Source of the DNA: an uncultured Veillonellaceae bacterium
Lineage (GTDB): Bacteria > Bacillota > Negativicutes > JARBTT01
Assembly (NCBI GenBank): GCA_963805085.1
Contig: CAWDTA010000004.1
Span: 1-64,000, forward strand
Direction: 5' to 3'
DNA: 64,000 nucleotides
In this document: positions 52,331-63,679 of the stretch, piece after piece
Layout: every line of letters starts with the position of its first letter
Numbering within the stretch: the stretch's first letter is position 1
Position numbers and translations under genes: made by a program
The notes under the pieces: model-generated
Databases searched by the model: none
Told to the model about the DNA's origin: nothing
What the model saw: only the letters and a program-made list of their open reading frames with translations

Positions 52331-53800
52331 ATGATGAACTTAAATTCTATCATGAAAACGTATGGTTTATTTATTGGTCTTTTTGTTTTATTTTCCATTA
52401 TGCTCATCCCAACACCAGAAGGATTAACGATAGCAGGTCACCGCATGTTAGCCATTTTGGTGTTCTCGGTTATTATTTGGATGACGGAGTGTATATCTTA
52501 TCCAGTTAGCGCGGCTGTCATCATGGCGCTAATGGCATTTTTACTTGGAACTGCACCAGATGTCGCTAACCCGCTTACGAAGCTAGGTACGAGCAAAGGT
52601 CTAGCTTTGGCTTTATCTGGTTTTAGCAATACTTCCCTTGCCTTGGTTGGTGCTGCCTTATTTTTAGCGGCAGCAATGATGAAAACGGGGCTCGACAAAC
52701 GTATTGCTCTCGCAGTTTTAGCTAAAATTGGTGCCAAAACCAACCGTGTATTAGCTGGAGTTATTTTCGTTGGGTTCCTTCTTAGTTTCTTTGTGCCTAG
52801 CACGACGGCTCGTGTTTCCTGTATGGTTCCAATCGTACTTGGGATTATCACGACCTTTGGTGTTAGTAAAAAGAGTAAATTTGCTGGAGTTATGATGATC
52901 GCTGTAGCGCAAGCTGATAGTATCTGGAATGTAGGGATTAAAACAGCAGCGGCGCAAAATATGATTGCGTTAAATTTCATTGAAAAGCAACTCGGACAAT
53001 ATGTTAGCTGGATGGATTGGTTTATTATTGCCGCACCATTTTCATTATTAATGTCCATCGCCTTATATTTTGTTTTACTGAAATTAATGCCTCCTGAAAT
53101 GGATGAAGTTGCTGGCGGACAAGAAACGATTGCCAGAGAATTAAAAAACTTAGGGCCAATGAAAGCCGATGAAAAGAAATTGATGATTATGTCGTTAATT
53201 TTATTAGGCTTCTGGTCAACAGAAAGCATTTTACATAATTTTGATACATCTTCCACAACCATTGTTGCCGTAACACTTATGTTGTTACCAAAAATCGGCA
53301 TTATGAATTGGAAAGAAGCCCAAGAACGTATTGGCTGGGGGACATTGTTACTATTTGGTGTTGGTATCAGTCTAGGTTCTGCTATATTATCGACAAAAGC
53401 AGCTTCTTGGATTGCAACTTGTATGGTAAGCTACTTCGGTTTTGCCAATATGACCACCTTTGGTATTCTTGCAATCTTAGCTGCTTTCCTCATCATCATT
53501 CATCTCGGTTTTGCCAGTGCTACCGCTTTGTCGGCTGCAATGATCCCAATTGTGATCTCAATCTTACAAAACCTCAACAACCCACTTATTAACGTTGTTG
53601 GTATGACGATGATCTTACAATATGTTATCTGCTTTGGCTTCATACTACCAGTAAATGCACCACAAAACATGGTTGCTTTTGGAACCGAAACATTCGAAGC
53701 AAAGGACTTTATCAAAACAGGAATTCCTCTCACAATTATAGCGTATCTATTGATTCTTCTCCTTGCAGCAACCTATTGGAAATGGATTGGCATTGTATAA
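52331..53800 (+). CDS. DASS family anion transporter
   Basis: FVPSTTAR and LPVNAPQNMVAF; multi-TM protein. Confidence 0.9.
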   Translation: MMNLNSIMKTYGLFIGLFVLFSIMLIPTPEGLTIAGHRMLAILVFSVIIWMTECISYPVSAAVIMALMAFLLGTAPDVANPLTKLGTSKGLALALSGFSNTSLALVGAALFLAAAMMKTGLDKRIALAVLAKIGAKTNRVLAGVIFVGFLLSFFVPSTTARVSCMVPIVLGIITTFGVSKKSKFAGVMMIAVAQADSIWNVGIKTAAAQNMIALNFIEKQLGQYVSWMDWFIIAAPFSLLMSIALYFVLLKLMPPEMDEVAGGQETIARELKNLGPMKADEKKLMIMSLILLGFWSTESILHNFDTSSTTIVAVTLMLLPKIGIMNWKEAQERIGWGTLLLFGVGISLGSAILSTKAASWIATCMVSYFGFANMTTFGILAILAAFLIIIHLGFASATALSAAMIPIVISILQNLNNPLINVVGMTMILQYVICFGFILPVNAPQNMVAFGTETFEAKDFIKTGIPLTIIAYLLILLLAATYWKWIGIV

Positions 53801-53812
53801 ATTACTGGCTTT

Positions 53813-54050
53813 AGGCTGTCGACAAAATAAAATATTTGTGTCGATGATTTAGAAAATATCTAAATCCGCTCCACTTATAAACTAGTACGAAGATAGGCTG
53901 CTGGTTGGTGAGAAGTGCTCAGATGCTAGGCACAGTAAGGAGTTACGTAGGAATCGTACTTTCGTACGTCGACGAGCAGCACCTTGTCGGAGGGCGCAGA
54001 TGAATGCTTATCGCCGACCCGCGACCTGTCTGTCCATAGTTTGTCTATAG
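53813..54050. mobile_element. MITE-like structured element
   Basis: Imperfect ends AGGCTGTCGACAAA / TTTGTCTATAGT around a GC-richer structured core (CAGATGCTAGGC..CGTACTTTCGTACG). Confidence 0.5.
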
Positions 54051-54096
54051 TTAAAAAGCCAGCGATTAAAATCGCTGGCTTTTTAACTATGAATTT

Positions 54097-54645
54097 TTAT
54101 TTTTTAGCTTTCATCGCTTTACTAAATTCTTTATAAAAAACTTTAGTCAAATGTTTATAATTTACCATATTATCATCGGATGTAGAAGAAGCAACAATTT
54201 GATACGTAAAGACAGGCTGTTTTGTTGCCGCTGAATATACATCATAGAATACCATAACACGTGTATTATGTACGATGGTTGCCACCATATAAAGATCTGT
54301 ATATTTTTCCATTTGGCTGTTAAAAATACTTTCGGCCTTTTGGGCATCTTCTACTCTTAATTTCGGAAGATCAATCGCAGAATCACGTAAAATATTTTCA
54401 TCAATGTCTGCAGTATTCAAAGCATACATATTTAAGCTTTGTGCCTCTAGATACATCATATCTGTTAATTCGTCAGAAGTAACTTGACCTTCAGTAAAAG
54501 TATAATTAGGTTTAACGATTAAAAGCTTATGTGCTTTTGAGAAATCATAGCTAGTGTCAGTCCATGCCTGTGCTGCAGCTGAAACCAATTGTACATTAAG
54601 CAATACGAAACATACAATGATAAATAATTGTGAAATTTTTTTCAT
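54097..54645 (-). CDS. Secreted hypothetical protein
   Basis: Signal peptide, GGAG RBS and a terminator at 54052-54088. Confidence 0.75.
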   Translation of the reverse strand: MKKISQLFIIVCFVLLNVQLVSAAAQAWTDTSYDFSKAHKLLIVKPNYTFTEGQVTSDELTDMMYLEAQSLNMYALNTADIDENILRDSAIDLPKLRVEDAQKAESIFNSQMEKYTDLYMVATIVHNTRVMVFYDVYSAATKQPVFTYQIVASSTSDDNMVNYKHLTKVFYKEFSKAMKAKK

Positions 54646-54983
54646 CGGTAAATACTCTCCTCTTTATTAAAAATTAATTCTTTATATAAAATTCTCTATT
54701 TTACGCATAACTCCTCTTTGTGTTAAGATTTTTCGTTTTGTTATTTACGGGATTGGATAATGATATCTATATTGTATTCCTATCTACCTAAGTAAATTTC
54801 GTTATGTTTTTATCTTCTTGTAAATTTCGACATAATTTTACTTTTATCGTATGATATGATAAGAGATATGTTTATCGTAGCAAACAGATCCAAAATAAGC
54901 CCCCTCATTTACAAGCAAAATTTTATACATTTCTTTAATCCAACCATTAACAAATTACAAAATATAAGGAGCTAACAATTATT

Positions 54984-55355
54984 ATGACAGACTCAGTTGC
55001 AAAAAAAGTAACACCATTATCAGAAGTAAATATTAAACAAAAATCTAAAGCATACTATTATTCAACCGACAATACCAAAGAAACGAAGGAAAATTGCTCA
55101 GAACAAGAAAGAAACTTACCTATTTCAAGTGAAGAGCTTGCATTATGGATAAATGATAAGCTAGCTACCCCTTCTATTTCTACTATGACACAAACAAAGG
55201 AAACTATATCCAAGGGCAATATAGAAAATAAATTTATTAATGAAATAAGCACCCTTGCTCAATATATAATTACGCATCCAAATGAAGTTCAAATTATGTT
55301 TAATGCACTACCTCAAAGTGTTAAATATCAAATAAGTCAATGTGATGGTAAATAA
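54984..55355 (+). CDS. Hypothetical protein
   Basis: 123-aa ORF with an AAGGAG RBS. Confidence 0.65.
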   Translation: MTDSVAKKVTPLSEVNIKQKSKAYYYSTDNTKETKENCSEQERNLPISSEELALWINDKLATPSISTMTQTKETISKGNIENKFINEISTLAQYIITHPNEVQIMFNALPQSVKYQISQCDGK

Positions 55356-55370
55356 TTCAACGGAGGAGCT

Positions 55371-55686
55371 ATTATTATAAAATTACAAATTACACCTGAA
55401 GCAAAACAACTTATCGTGAATCACGGTTCTCAAATAATGGTGAACATCGAAAGAGAACAATGTTATGCTTGTGCTGGTCAGTCACGTCGATTTACCTTCC
55501 CTATCTGCACAAGTAGGTATCCCTAAAGATTTTCTACTAAACGGATATGAAATATTGACCGAGAATGATATTACTATCTATGTACATAATGTATTTGAAA
55601 AGTATGATATAATGGACACACTTGCTATCATTTTGAATGACTCACTTGCTACATTAGTGATATATGGAATAGTTCCACAGAATTAA
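55371..55686 (+). pseudogene. HesB-like / CC-Se-motif family protein with a 4-bp duplication frameshift
   Basis: GGAGGAG RBS, then IKLQITPEAKQLI..CYACAG; GTCAGTCA at 55477-55484; continues HVDLPSLSAQVGIP in the +1 frame. Confidence 0.55.
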
Positions 55687-55752
55687 TCTCCTGTGAAATT
55701 CACGATTAAACCTTATAAGGATATTTAATAAAAACAAGAGGAGCGACTACTC

Positions 55753-56406
55753 ATGAGAAAAATTTCTATTTTGTCTTTAATCTTAATATTTTCTTTTTCT
55801 TGTACTGCCTTTGCATTTAATAATTTGCACCTAGTTACGTCAAATAACTATAATATGATATATATTGATAACGATAGTATAAAATATGGTACTACGTCGA
55901 CCGATTCTGATGATTCTTCATCAGATACAACACCAACTACAGCCTCAACCACGACGTCATCTGCAACATCGTCTACAACATCATCTACGGCGTCAACCAC
56001 GACGTCATCTGCAACATCGTCTACAACATCATCTACGGCGTCATCCACGACATCATCTACAGAAACAATAAATACAAATATAATAACCTATTATGAAACG
56101 GTCAGATTAAGCAACGAGGGATTGCAAGGCTTAATTTTAAGTAAGCAAAAAGAAAATAATCATCTTGCAAAATGGGATCAAGTATCATATTTCACTACAT
56201 TTTATTCAATAAATCTCGAAAATAAAACGATCCATGCAGAAACACAATGGTTTTATGATCATAATGGAGTTCTCTTATATTCATGGCTTTCTGGCAGAAG
56301 TAAACTCTGGAAAGAAATTAATCCCGGCACCGTTATAGAAGCTAGTTATAAATATGTCACCTCTTATGTCACTGACCATGCTAGTGAACTAAAGACTCTC
56401 GATTAA
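55753..56406 (+). CDS. Secreted protein with Ser/Thr-rich repeat insert
   Basis: Signal peptide and a 48-bp tandem repeat (about 2.4 copies) at 55942-56060. Confidence 0.8.
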   Translation: MRKISILSLILIFSFSCTAFAFNNLHLVTSNNYNMIYIDNDSIKYGTTSTDSDDSSSDTTPTTASTTTSSATSSTTSSTASTTTSSATSSTTSSTASSTTSSTETINTNIITYYETVRLSNEGLQGLILSKQKENNHLAKWDQVSYFTTFYSINLENKTIHAETQWFYDHNGVLLYSWLSGRSKLWKEINPGTVIEASYKYVTSYVTDHASELKTLD

Positions 56407-56673
56407 TCTATTTTTAAGATTGCAACTTATAAAATGAACAGTAACGGTTTACTACATAAAATAAGCTACGTCCTCTACTTGCATTTTTAATGAAACTATT
56501 ACTCAAAAAATTTATACCATACCGGCAAGACAATTAAAAAGCTCTTTGGTGTAATAGACATGTAATCAATTTGTGTATTACATGTCTATCACACGTCAAT
56601 TTCCTCTACTCTTGCACACAACAAAAAAGCCCTTGAAAGCTCAATGCTTTCAAGGGTTTTAATTTCGTTACTA

Positions 56674-57066
56674 TTAACGTTTTGAGAACTGGGATGCTTT
56701 ACGAGCTTTTTTCAAGCCGTATTTACGACGTTCTTTTTCACGTGGATCACGTGTGATGAAACCAGCTTTTTTAAGAGCAGGACGGAATTCAGCGTCCACT
56801 TTAAGAAGTGCACGTGTAATACCGTGACGAATAGCGCCAGCTTGTCCTGATGGACCGCCGCCCTCTACCTTTGCGATTACATCGTATTTACCAAGAGTCT
56901 CAGTCAAGTTTAAAGGTTGTTTAATAATCAATTCAAGAGTTTTTAAACCGAAATAAGCTTTTAACTCACGATCATTGATAATTACGTTGCCTTCACCTGG
57001 AACCAGACGAACTCTGGCAACTGAAGTTTTTCTGCGGCCTGTGCCGTAGTAAGTGACTAATGCCAT
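56674..57066 (-). CDS. rpsI: 30S ribosomal protein S9
   Basis: [17 protein letters not shown]. Confidence 0.99.
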   Translation of the reverse strand: MALVTYYGTGRRKTSVARVRLVPGEGNVIINDRELKAYFGLKTLELIIKQPLNLTETLGKYDVIAKVEGGGPSGQAGAIRHGITRALLKVDAEFRPALKKAGFITRDPREKERRKYGLKKARKASQFSKR

Positions 57067-57088
57067 TAAAATGTTCCTCCTTCCAGTA

Positions 57089-57529
57089 TTATCTTATATT
57101 AATTTCAAGTACTTCTGGTTGTTGAGCAGCATGTGGATGCTCAGCTCCAGCATATACGTTTAATTTTGTGTACATTTGTGCACCTAATCTATTCTTAGGT
57201 AACATACCCTTAACAGCCATTTCAACGACTCTTTCAGGTCTAGTAGCTAACATTTTGCCAGCTGTTGTAAACGTAGTTCCTCCTGGATATCCAGAATGAC
57301 GGAAATAAGTCTTTTGGATCAATTTCTTACCAGTGAATACTACTTTATCTGCATTGATAACGATGACATGGTCACCAGTATCAACATGAGGTGTAAAAGT
57401 TGGTTTATGTTTACCACGAAGCACTTTCGCAACTTCAGCAGCTAATCTACCTACAGTTTTACCTTCAGCGTCTACAACGTACCATTTACGTTCGATGTTG
57501 GATACGTTTGCCATAAACGTTGTTTTCAT
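57089..57529 (-). CDS. rplM: 50S ribosomal protein L13
   Basis: [20 protein letters not shown]. Confidence 0.99.
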   Translation of the reverse strand: MKTTFMANVSNIERKWYVVDAEGKTVGRLAAEVAKVLRGKHKPTFTPHVDTGDHVIVINADKVVFTGKKLIQKTYFRHSGYPGGTTFTTAGKMLATRPERVVEMAVKGMLPKNRLGAQMYTKLNVYAGAEHPHAAQQPEVLEINIR

Positions 57530-57539
57530 TCGACATTTC

Positions 57540-57636
57540 CCTCCTTGTCACAAACTTTCTAAAGTTCAAATCATAAAATCATCATTGTGAAGATTCGTCC
57601 TGACTTCCGGGGCTAATGGAAATCTCGGTAAAAGCC
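57540..57636 (-). promoter_or_regulatory. Probable L13 leader RNA
   Basis: TTCCATTAGCCCCGGAA in the rplM 5' UTR, downstream of a TTGACA promoter. Confidence 0.5.
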
Positions 57637-57906
57637 TCATAAAAACATTTTAATAAAAATAGCAAGTATTGTCAAGCTATTTCTATTAAATTTTCATTAT
57701 GTAACTACCATATCTTTATCCACACATTTTCTGTGGATAATTAACAACATTAAATATTATATCAATATCCAATCAATTTGTATAGTCTTTCTACAAATAA
57801 ATTAAAATATTCAATAATCACCGCAAAATTTTTCTTTCTTACCTATACCTAAGTGACATTAATTTTTAAACGATCACTTGGTATCCATTTATTTTATAAA
57901 AGTAAC

Positions 57907-58689
57907 TTAATAATTTACCTTTTTTAAATAGAGTCCTTGCGCTGGGGCAGTCATACCTGCCTTTTTCCTGTCTTTCCCCTCTAAGATGACTTTGAAGCCC
58001 TCTAGTGTAGTCTTACCTTTACCGACATTCACAAGCGTGCCTACGAGGTTACGCACCATATGATAGAGAAACCCATTCCCCCAAAAAAGAAATTCAATCG
58101 TATCCCCTTGAAACTTACAGTTTGCTTCAAAGATTGTACGAACTGGATGCATCGGTGCACTACCAACTGCACGAAATGCCGAAAAGTCATGCGTTCCCAC
58201 AATATATTGCATCGCTTTATTCATTTTATCCACATCTAACTCTTTGCGAATATACCATGCATATTGGCGCTTGAATGGATCTAATACTTCACCTTGTTGA
58301 ATTTTATAAATATAAACTTTATCCTTGGCACAGTGACGTGCACTAAAATCTAGTGCAACTTCCTCTGCAGAGCGCACCACAATATCCGCTGGTAAATGAC
58401 TATTGATAGCCCTCACCACGCGATCAATTGGAATCGTTCCTTCTGTCAAAAAGTTAACGACCTGCCCATAGGCGTGCACTCCAGCATCCGTTCTCCCTGA
58501 GGCCGCAAGTTTTATTTCTCCGCCAAAAACAATCGCTAATTTTTTTTCTAATACATTCTGCACCGATATTGCATTGTTCTGCCGTTGAAACCCATGATAC
58601 TTGCCACCGTCATAGGCAAGGATTAATTTAATATTGCGTATTTTTTTTTCTTCTGGACCATAAGCTTGTTCTTTCATTTTATAAACCAT
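57907..58689 (-). CDS. truA: tRNA pseudouridine(38-40) synthase
   Basis: GRTDAGVHA and FLYHMVR. Confidence 0.97.
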   Translation of the reverse strand: MVYKMKEQAYGPEEKKIRNIKLILAYDGGKYHGFQRQNNAISVQNVLEKKLAIVFGGEIKLAASGRTDAGVHAYGQVVNFLTEGTIPIDRVVRAINSHLPADIVVRSAEEVALDFSARHCAKDKVYIYKIQQGEVLDPFKRQYAWYIRKELDVDKMNKAMQYIVGTHDFSAFRAVGSAPMHPVRTIFEANCKFQGDTIEFLFWGNGFLYHMVRNLVGTLVNVGKGKTTLEGFKVILEGKDRKKAGMTAPAQGLYLKKVNY

Positions 58690-59482
58690 GTACCTTCATC
58701 ACAAATAAACCAATTAAAAGCGCAGTCATAACAATCCCTGCTTTATAATCGACTGAAGTTATGCATAACACTTTCATTCTTGTTCTATTTTCTCCACCAC
58801 GATAACACCGAGCTTCCATGGCAACCGCTAAATCGTCCGCTCTGCGAAAAGCACTAATAAAAAGTGGTACAAGTAATGGAATCATGCCTTTGACACGTTT
58901 TACAATACTACCAGAGCTAAAATCTGCCCCTCTAGCTTCTTGTGCTTTCATGATACGCTCAGTTTCTTCTAATAAGGTAGGGATAAACCGAAGCGCAATT
59001 GTCATCATCATTGCCAACTCATGCGCTGGCAATCCAAATTTTTTAAAGGGCGTTAGTAACTTCTCCAAAGCATCTGTTAACGTGATTGGTGATGTCGTAA
59101 AGGTTAGTAACGACGACAATACGATTAATAGAATTAACCTAATTGACATCAGTGCCGCCTGCTGTATACCTTCTTGTGTAATAGATAAAATCCACACCTT
59201 AGCAATCGCTTCCCCTGGCGTTGTAAAAATATGAATCAATACGGTAAATATAATAATCCACCATAACGGCTTGATCGATTTGATCACCATCATCATTGGC
59301 ACATTTGATAAAAGAATAGTAACTAAGGTGAAAAAACAAATAAGACCATATGTCATTGGCGTATTCACAATAAAAATAGCTGTAATTAAGAGTAATAAAT
59401 ACATAATTTTCATTCGTGGATCTAGTCGATGTATGAGCGAATTACCCGGGAAATATTGCCCGATTGTGATATCTGTTAGCAA
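58679..59482 (-). CDS. ecfT: ECF transporter T component
   Basis: LDPR, ARG and EARCY motifs. Confidence 0.95.
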   Translation of the reverse strand: MLTDITIGQYFPGNSLIHRLDPRMKIMYLLLLITAIFIVNTPMTYGLICFFTLVTILLSNVPMMMVIKSIKPLWWIIIFTVLIHIFTTPGEAIAKVWILSITQEGIQQAALMSIRLILLIVLSSLLTFTTSPITLTDALEKLLTPFKKFGLPAHELAMMMTIALRFIPTLLEETERIMKAQEARGADFSSGSIVKRVKGMIPLLVPLFISAFRRADDLAVAMEARCYRGGENRTRMKVLCITSVDYKAGIVMTALLIGLFVMKVHGL

Positions 59483-60339
59483 GATTTTTTCCTCCTCAAT
59501 GAGGCAACAATGCTTTCTACGGCATCGTCAACAGTTAAAATGTGTTCATCAATATCTAGTCCAGCAACCTTTAATCGATTTAATAAAGCCGTCACCTGTG
59601 GCACATCAACACCGGCTGCCTTTAATGCTTCTGTGTGTTTAAATATTTCTTGTGGTGGTCCATCTAGGCTAATTTCGCCTTCATGCATGACGATCAACCT
59701 ATTTGCCATTTTGGCAACATCATCCATATTATGGGACACCAAAACAATAGTTATCTCTGTCTTTTTATGTAAATCGATCAGTTTTGTAAAAATATCATCG
59801 CGACCACAAGGATCAAGTCCAGCCGCTGGTTCATCTAAAATAAGATATTGTGGTTGCAGTGCCACTACACCAGCAATTGCCACACGTCGCATTTGCCCAC
59901 CACTTAGCTGAAAAGGAGAACGATCTTGGTAGGTAGCAAAATCTAAATGAACAAACTCCATAGCCCTTCGAACCCGTTTATCGACTTCTTCTTCTGAACA
60001 TCCCAAATTTCTGGGACCAAATGCAATATCAGCATACACTGTTTCTTCAAAAAGCTGATGCTCTGGATATTGAAAAACCATTCCTACTCTACGCTTTGCG
60101 GCCTTTGCCGCTTCCCCTTTTTGGTTTAAATCAACTCCATTTACCATCACCATCCCTTGTTTTGGTTTTAATAAACCGTTGAGATGTTGTACTAGCGTAG
60201 ATTTTCCAGAACCAGTATGACCAATGATAGCAACAAATTCGCCTTCGTTAATTTCTAAATTGATATCTTTGATTGCTGTCCGTTCAAAAGGAGTTTTCGC
60301 CATATAGGTATAGGTCGCATTTTTTAAAATGATTGACAT
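59476..60339 (-). CDS. ecfA2: ECF transporter ATPase
   Basis: GHTGSGKST, FQYPEHQLF and LSGGQMRR. Confidence 0.93.
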   Translation of the reverse strand: MSIILKNATYTYMAKTPFERTAIKDINLEINEGEFVAIIGHTGSGKSTLVQHLNGLLKPKQGMVMVNGVDLNQKGEAAKAAKRRVGMVFQYPEHQLFEETVYADIAFGPRNLGCSEEEVDKRVRRAMEFVHLDFATYQDRSPFQLSGGQMRRVAIAGVVALQPQYLILDEPAAGLDPCGRDDIFTKLIDLHKKTEITIVLVSHNMDDVAKMANRLIVMHEGEISLDGPPQEIFKHTEALKAAGVDVPQVTALLNRLKVAGLDIDEHILTVDDAVESIVASLRRKKSC

Positions 60340-61163
60340 AATGCCACCACCAATTCTTCATCTGTAATGATATCAGCTGGTAACTTAATACCATTCTTTC
60401 TAAGCTGATAGGCAACTTGTGCAGCTAGGGGCACATCCAGACCAAGTTCTTTTAATTTTTTTACTTGCGTAAAGATAGTGCGCGGCGTTCCATCATCTAA
60501 TACACTGCCATTCTTCATAACAACAACCCGATCTGCTTCAACAGCCTCTTCCATAAAATGCGTAATATAAACAATCGTAATACCCAATCTTTTGTGTAAT
60601 TTTTTTACTGTTTCTAAAACTTCTAATCTACCTTGTGGATCGAGCATTGCTGTTGGTTCATCAAGTACTAAGCACTTGGTTTGCATCGCAAGTGCTCCGG
60701 CAATGGCAACACGTTGTTTTTGACCACCTGAAAGCAGATGTGGGGCATGTTTACGATATTCTTCCATGCCAACGGCTCTGAGCGCATTATCGACTCTACT
60801 TTTGATTTCATCACTTGGCACACCTAAGTTTTCTGGGCCAAAAGCAATATCTTCCTCAACTAAAGTTGCAACGATTTGATTATCAGGATTTTGAAATACC
60901 ATCCCAACTTTTTGCCGAATCGCCCATAGCTTATCGCTGGAATTGGTCTCGATACCGTCAATTATACAACTGCCACTTGTTGGTAATAAGAGTGCATTAA
61001 AATGCTTTGCCAGTGTAGATTTTCCCGAACCATTAGTTCCAATGATCGCTACAAATTCACCCTCATGAATTGTTAAGTTAATATCATGAAGAGCAATAAA
61101 TTCATTTGCCATATTTTCATTGTATATATATTGTAAATTTTCTACTTTAATCAACTGATTCAT
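60324..61163 (-). CDS. ecfA1: ECF transporter ATPase
   Basis: NGSGKST, FQNPDNQ and LSGGQKQR. Confidence 0.93.
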   Translation of the reverse strand: MNQLIKVENLQYIYNENMANEFIALHDINLTIHEGEFVAIIGTNGSGKSTLAKHFNALLLPTSGSCIIDGIETNSSDKLWAIRQKVGMVFQNPDNQIVATLVEEDIAFGPENLGVPSDEIKSRVDNALRAVGMEEYRKHAPHLLSGGQKQRVAIAGALAMQTKCLVLDEPTAMLDPQGRLEVLETVKKLHKRLGITIVYITHFMEEAVEADRVVVMKNGSVLDDGTPRTIFTQVKKLKELGLDVPLAAQVAYQLRKNGIKLPADIITDEELVVALCQSF

Positions 61164-61284
61164 CGCGTTGCTCCTTTATCGCCTCTCATACAAAAAAATC
61201 GCCTTTATTGGTACGCAAAAGAAACCTTTGAAACATTTTCTTTTGTATACCAATAAAGGCGACCACAAGGCCGCCTTTTAAGTA

Positions 61285-61623
61285 TTACACTAATTCAATA
61301 ATTGCCATCGGCGCAGCATCGCCACGACGAGGACCAAGTTTAAGTACACGAGTGTAACCACCTTGGCGTTCGCTGTACTTAGGTGCTATTGTATCAAATA
61401 GTTTTCTAGCTACTTCTTCATCCATAAGACGCGCAATTACTTGACGGCGAGCATGTAAGTCGCCACGTTTAGCTAAAGTAATTAATTGATCAGCAAGACC
61501 GCTAATTTCTTTTGCTTTCGCTTCAGTAGTTTCAATGCGTTCATATTGGAAAAAGGAAGTTAGAATACTACGAAATAATGCTTTACGTGCACTTGAGTCA
61601 CGTCCTAATTTTCTGTAGCCCAT
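61285..61623 (-). CDS. rplQ: 50S ribosomal protein L17
   Basis: [18 protein letters not shown]. Confidence 0.99.
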   Translation of the reverse strand: MGYRKLGRDSSARKALFRSILTSFFQYERIETTEAKAKEISGLADQLITLAKRGDLHARRQVIARLMDEEVARKLFDTIAPKYSERQGGYTRVLKLGPRRGDAAPMAIIELV

Positions 61624-61637
61624 ACTCTTCGATTCTC

Positions 61638-62597
61638 CTACTCTTCAAATTCGATAAGTGTTAAATCTAGTTCTTGTAGTTTCTTTTTCACTTCTTCAAG
61701 AGACTTGCGACCAAGATTTCTCACTTTCATCATGTCGTCTTCACTTTTTTGAGCTAACTCTGCAACAGTGTTGATACCAGCTCTCTTTAAGCAATTATAA
61801 GAACGAACAGATAAATCTAAATCCTCAATAGTCATTTCTAATGTTTTAGAAACACCATTATCAGGAGCTTCAGTAAATGTTCTTTCAGCTTCATCGTCTT
61901 CCGGAGGAGCTCCGGCCATGTTCTGGAATAGTCTAAGATGAGCAATCATAATACTTGCAGACTTACTAACTGCTTCTTCCGGTCTTATACTACCATCAGT
62001 CCATACTTCCAGAGTTAATTTGTCGTAATCAGTGACGTTACCTACACGAGTATCAGTAACAGCATAGTTAACTCTCTGGATTGGCGAGAAAATGGAATCA
62101 ATAGGAATAATACCGATCACATGATCAGGTTTCTTATTCTTATCAGCAGGAATATACCCACGGCCACGTTCAACGGTAAGTTCCATTTTTAATGAACCGC
62201 TAGCATCTACTGTTGCCAAATGTAATTCAGGGTTTAGTATCTCAACATCTGGATCAGTGATAATATCACCAGCTGTTATAGTTTTTTCACCAGTTACTTC
62301 CACTCTGATTACTTTTGCTTCTTCACTATGCATTTTTAAGCAAAGTGATTTTAGATTTAAAATGATATTAGTAACGTCTTCCCGAACACCTGGAATCGTA
62401 GAAAATTCATGAAGCACACCTTCAATCCTTACGGATGTAACGGCTGCACCTTGCAAAGATGATAATAAAATGCGGCGCAAGCTGTTACCAAAAGTAGTGC
62501 CATACCCACGTTCTAAAGGCTCGCAGACAAATTTGCCATAACGACTATCTTCACTAATTTCCACTATCTCAATCTTCGGTTTTTCGATTTCGATCAT
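61638..62597 (-). CDS. rpoA: RNA polymerase alpha subunit
   Basis: EPLERGYG and [14 protein letters not shown]. Confidence 0.99.
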   Translation of the reverse strand: MIEIEKPKIEIVEISEDSRYGKFVCEPLERGYGTTFGNSLRRILLSSLQGAAVTSVRIEGVLHEFSTIPGVREDVTNIILNLKSLCLKMHSEEAKVIRVEVTGEKTITAGDIITDPDVEILNPELHLATVDASGSLKMELTVERGRGYIPADKNKKPDHVIGIIPIDSIFSPIQRVNYAVTDTRVGNVTDYDKLTLEVWTDGSIRPEEAVSKSASIMIAHLRLFQNMAGAPPEDDEAERTFTEAPDNGVSKTLEMTIEDLDLSVRSYNCLKRAGINTVAELAQKSEDDMMKVRNLGRKSLEEVKKKLQELDLTLIEFEE

Positions 62598-62660
62598 CTG
62601 GAATAACCCTCCTCATTTATGCGCAATACCACGTTACGCCATACCCACGGCGAGGGTACA

Positions 62661-63254
62661 TTATCTGGAGTACAATTCAACGATCATTTGTTCTTCAACA
62701 GGTACATCAATTTCATCACGATTAGGGAATCTTGTAACTGTACCACTCAAGTTTTGAGCATCGACAGTAATCCAAGCCGGTGTACTTAATGAATCAAATG
62801 ATTCTGCCACGCCTTTAAAGAATTCATTTGAAACGCTATTTTCTTTAATAGAAATAACGTCGCCAGCTTTTACTAAAGCTGAAGGAATATCAAGACGTTT
62901 GCCGTTAACAAGGATATGACCATGGGAAACAAGTTGACGAGATTGTCTACGAGTAGAAGCTAAGCCTAAACGATAAACAACATTATCAAGTCTTCTTTCA
63001 AGAATTACTAGTAAATTTTCACCAGTAACGCCAGGCATTTTTTTAGCCTTGTCATAATAAGATCTAAATGGTTTTTCTAAAACACCATATATAAACTTTG
63101 CTTTTTGCTTTTCTCTAAGTTGGATTCCGTATTCACTCATTTTTTTGCCAGCTCGTTTAGGTTGACGTTTGGAAGATTTACTCAAACCTACAACAGCTGG
63201 TTCAATGCCAAGTGCTCTGCATCTTTTTAGAGCAGGAACTCTATCAATTGCCAT
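62661..63254 (-). CDS. rpsD: 30S ribosomal protein S4
   Basis: SEYGIQLREKQK and RLDNVVYRLG. Confidence 0.99.
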   Translation of the reverse strand: MAIDRVPALKRCRALGIEPAVVGLSKSSKRQPKRAGKKMSEYGIQLREKQKAKFIYGVLEKPFRSYYDKAKKMPGVTGENLLVILERRLDNVVYRLGLASTRRQSRQLVSHGHILVNGKRLDIPSALVKAGDVISIKENSVSNEFFKGVAESFDSLSTPAWITVDAQNLSGTVTRFPNRDEIDVPVEEQMIVELYSR

Positions 63255-63272
63255 CTATATTTGCACCTCCTA

Positions 63273-63665
63273 TTAAACTCTTCTACGTTTTGGTGGGCGA
63301 CATCCGTTATGAGGGATTGGAGTTACATCTTTAATTAAATTAACTTCCAAACCAGTCGCTTGTAATGATCTGATTGCCGCTTCACGACCTGATCCAGGAC
63401 CTTTTACAAATACTTCTACTTGTTTAAGACCATGTTCCATAGCTGCTTTTGCTGCAACTTCAGCTGCCATTTGAGCTGCGAATGGAGTGCTTTTACGTGA
63501 CCCTCTAAAACCAAGACCACCTGCACTAGCCCATGATAATGCATTACCATTTGTATCGGTAATTGTTACGATTGTATTGTTAAAAGTAGAACGGATATGA
63601 GCAATACCATGCTCAATATTTTTACGTTCTCTTCTTTTTGGTCTAGCTACTTTTTTAGCTACCAA
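63273..63665 (-). CDS. rpsK: 30S ribosomal protein S11
   Basis: STFNNTIVT and [13 protein letters not shown]. Confidence 0.99.
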   Translation of the reverse strand: MVAKKVARPKRRERKNIEHGIAHIRSTFNNTIVTITDTNGNALSWASAGGLGFRGSRKSTPFAAQMAAEVAAKAAMEHGLKQVEVFVKGPGSGREAAIRSLQATGLEVNLIKDVTPIPHNGCRPPKRRRV

Positions 63666-63679
63666 TGCTTAACCCTCCC

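Noticed and set aside
52498-53301. 267-aa minus-strand ORF
   Set aside because: Antisense shadow of the DASS transporter; similar shadows occur over gltS, argJ, ecfT and the FecCD gene.
55942-56060. 48-bp tandem repeat and the overlapping ORFs 55848-56048 and 55886-56071
   Set aside because: It is an in-frame Ser/Thr linker expansion; the other ORFs are shadows of it.
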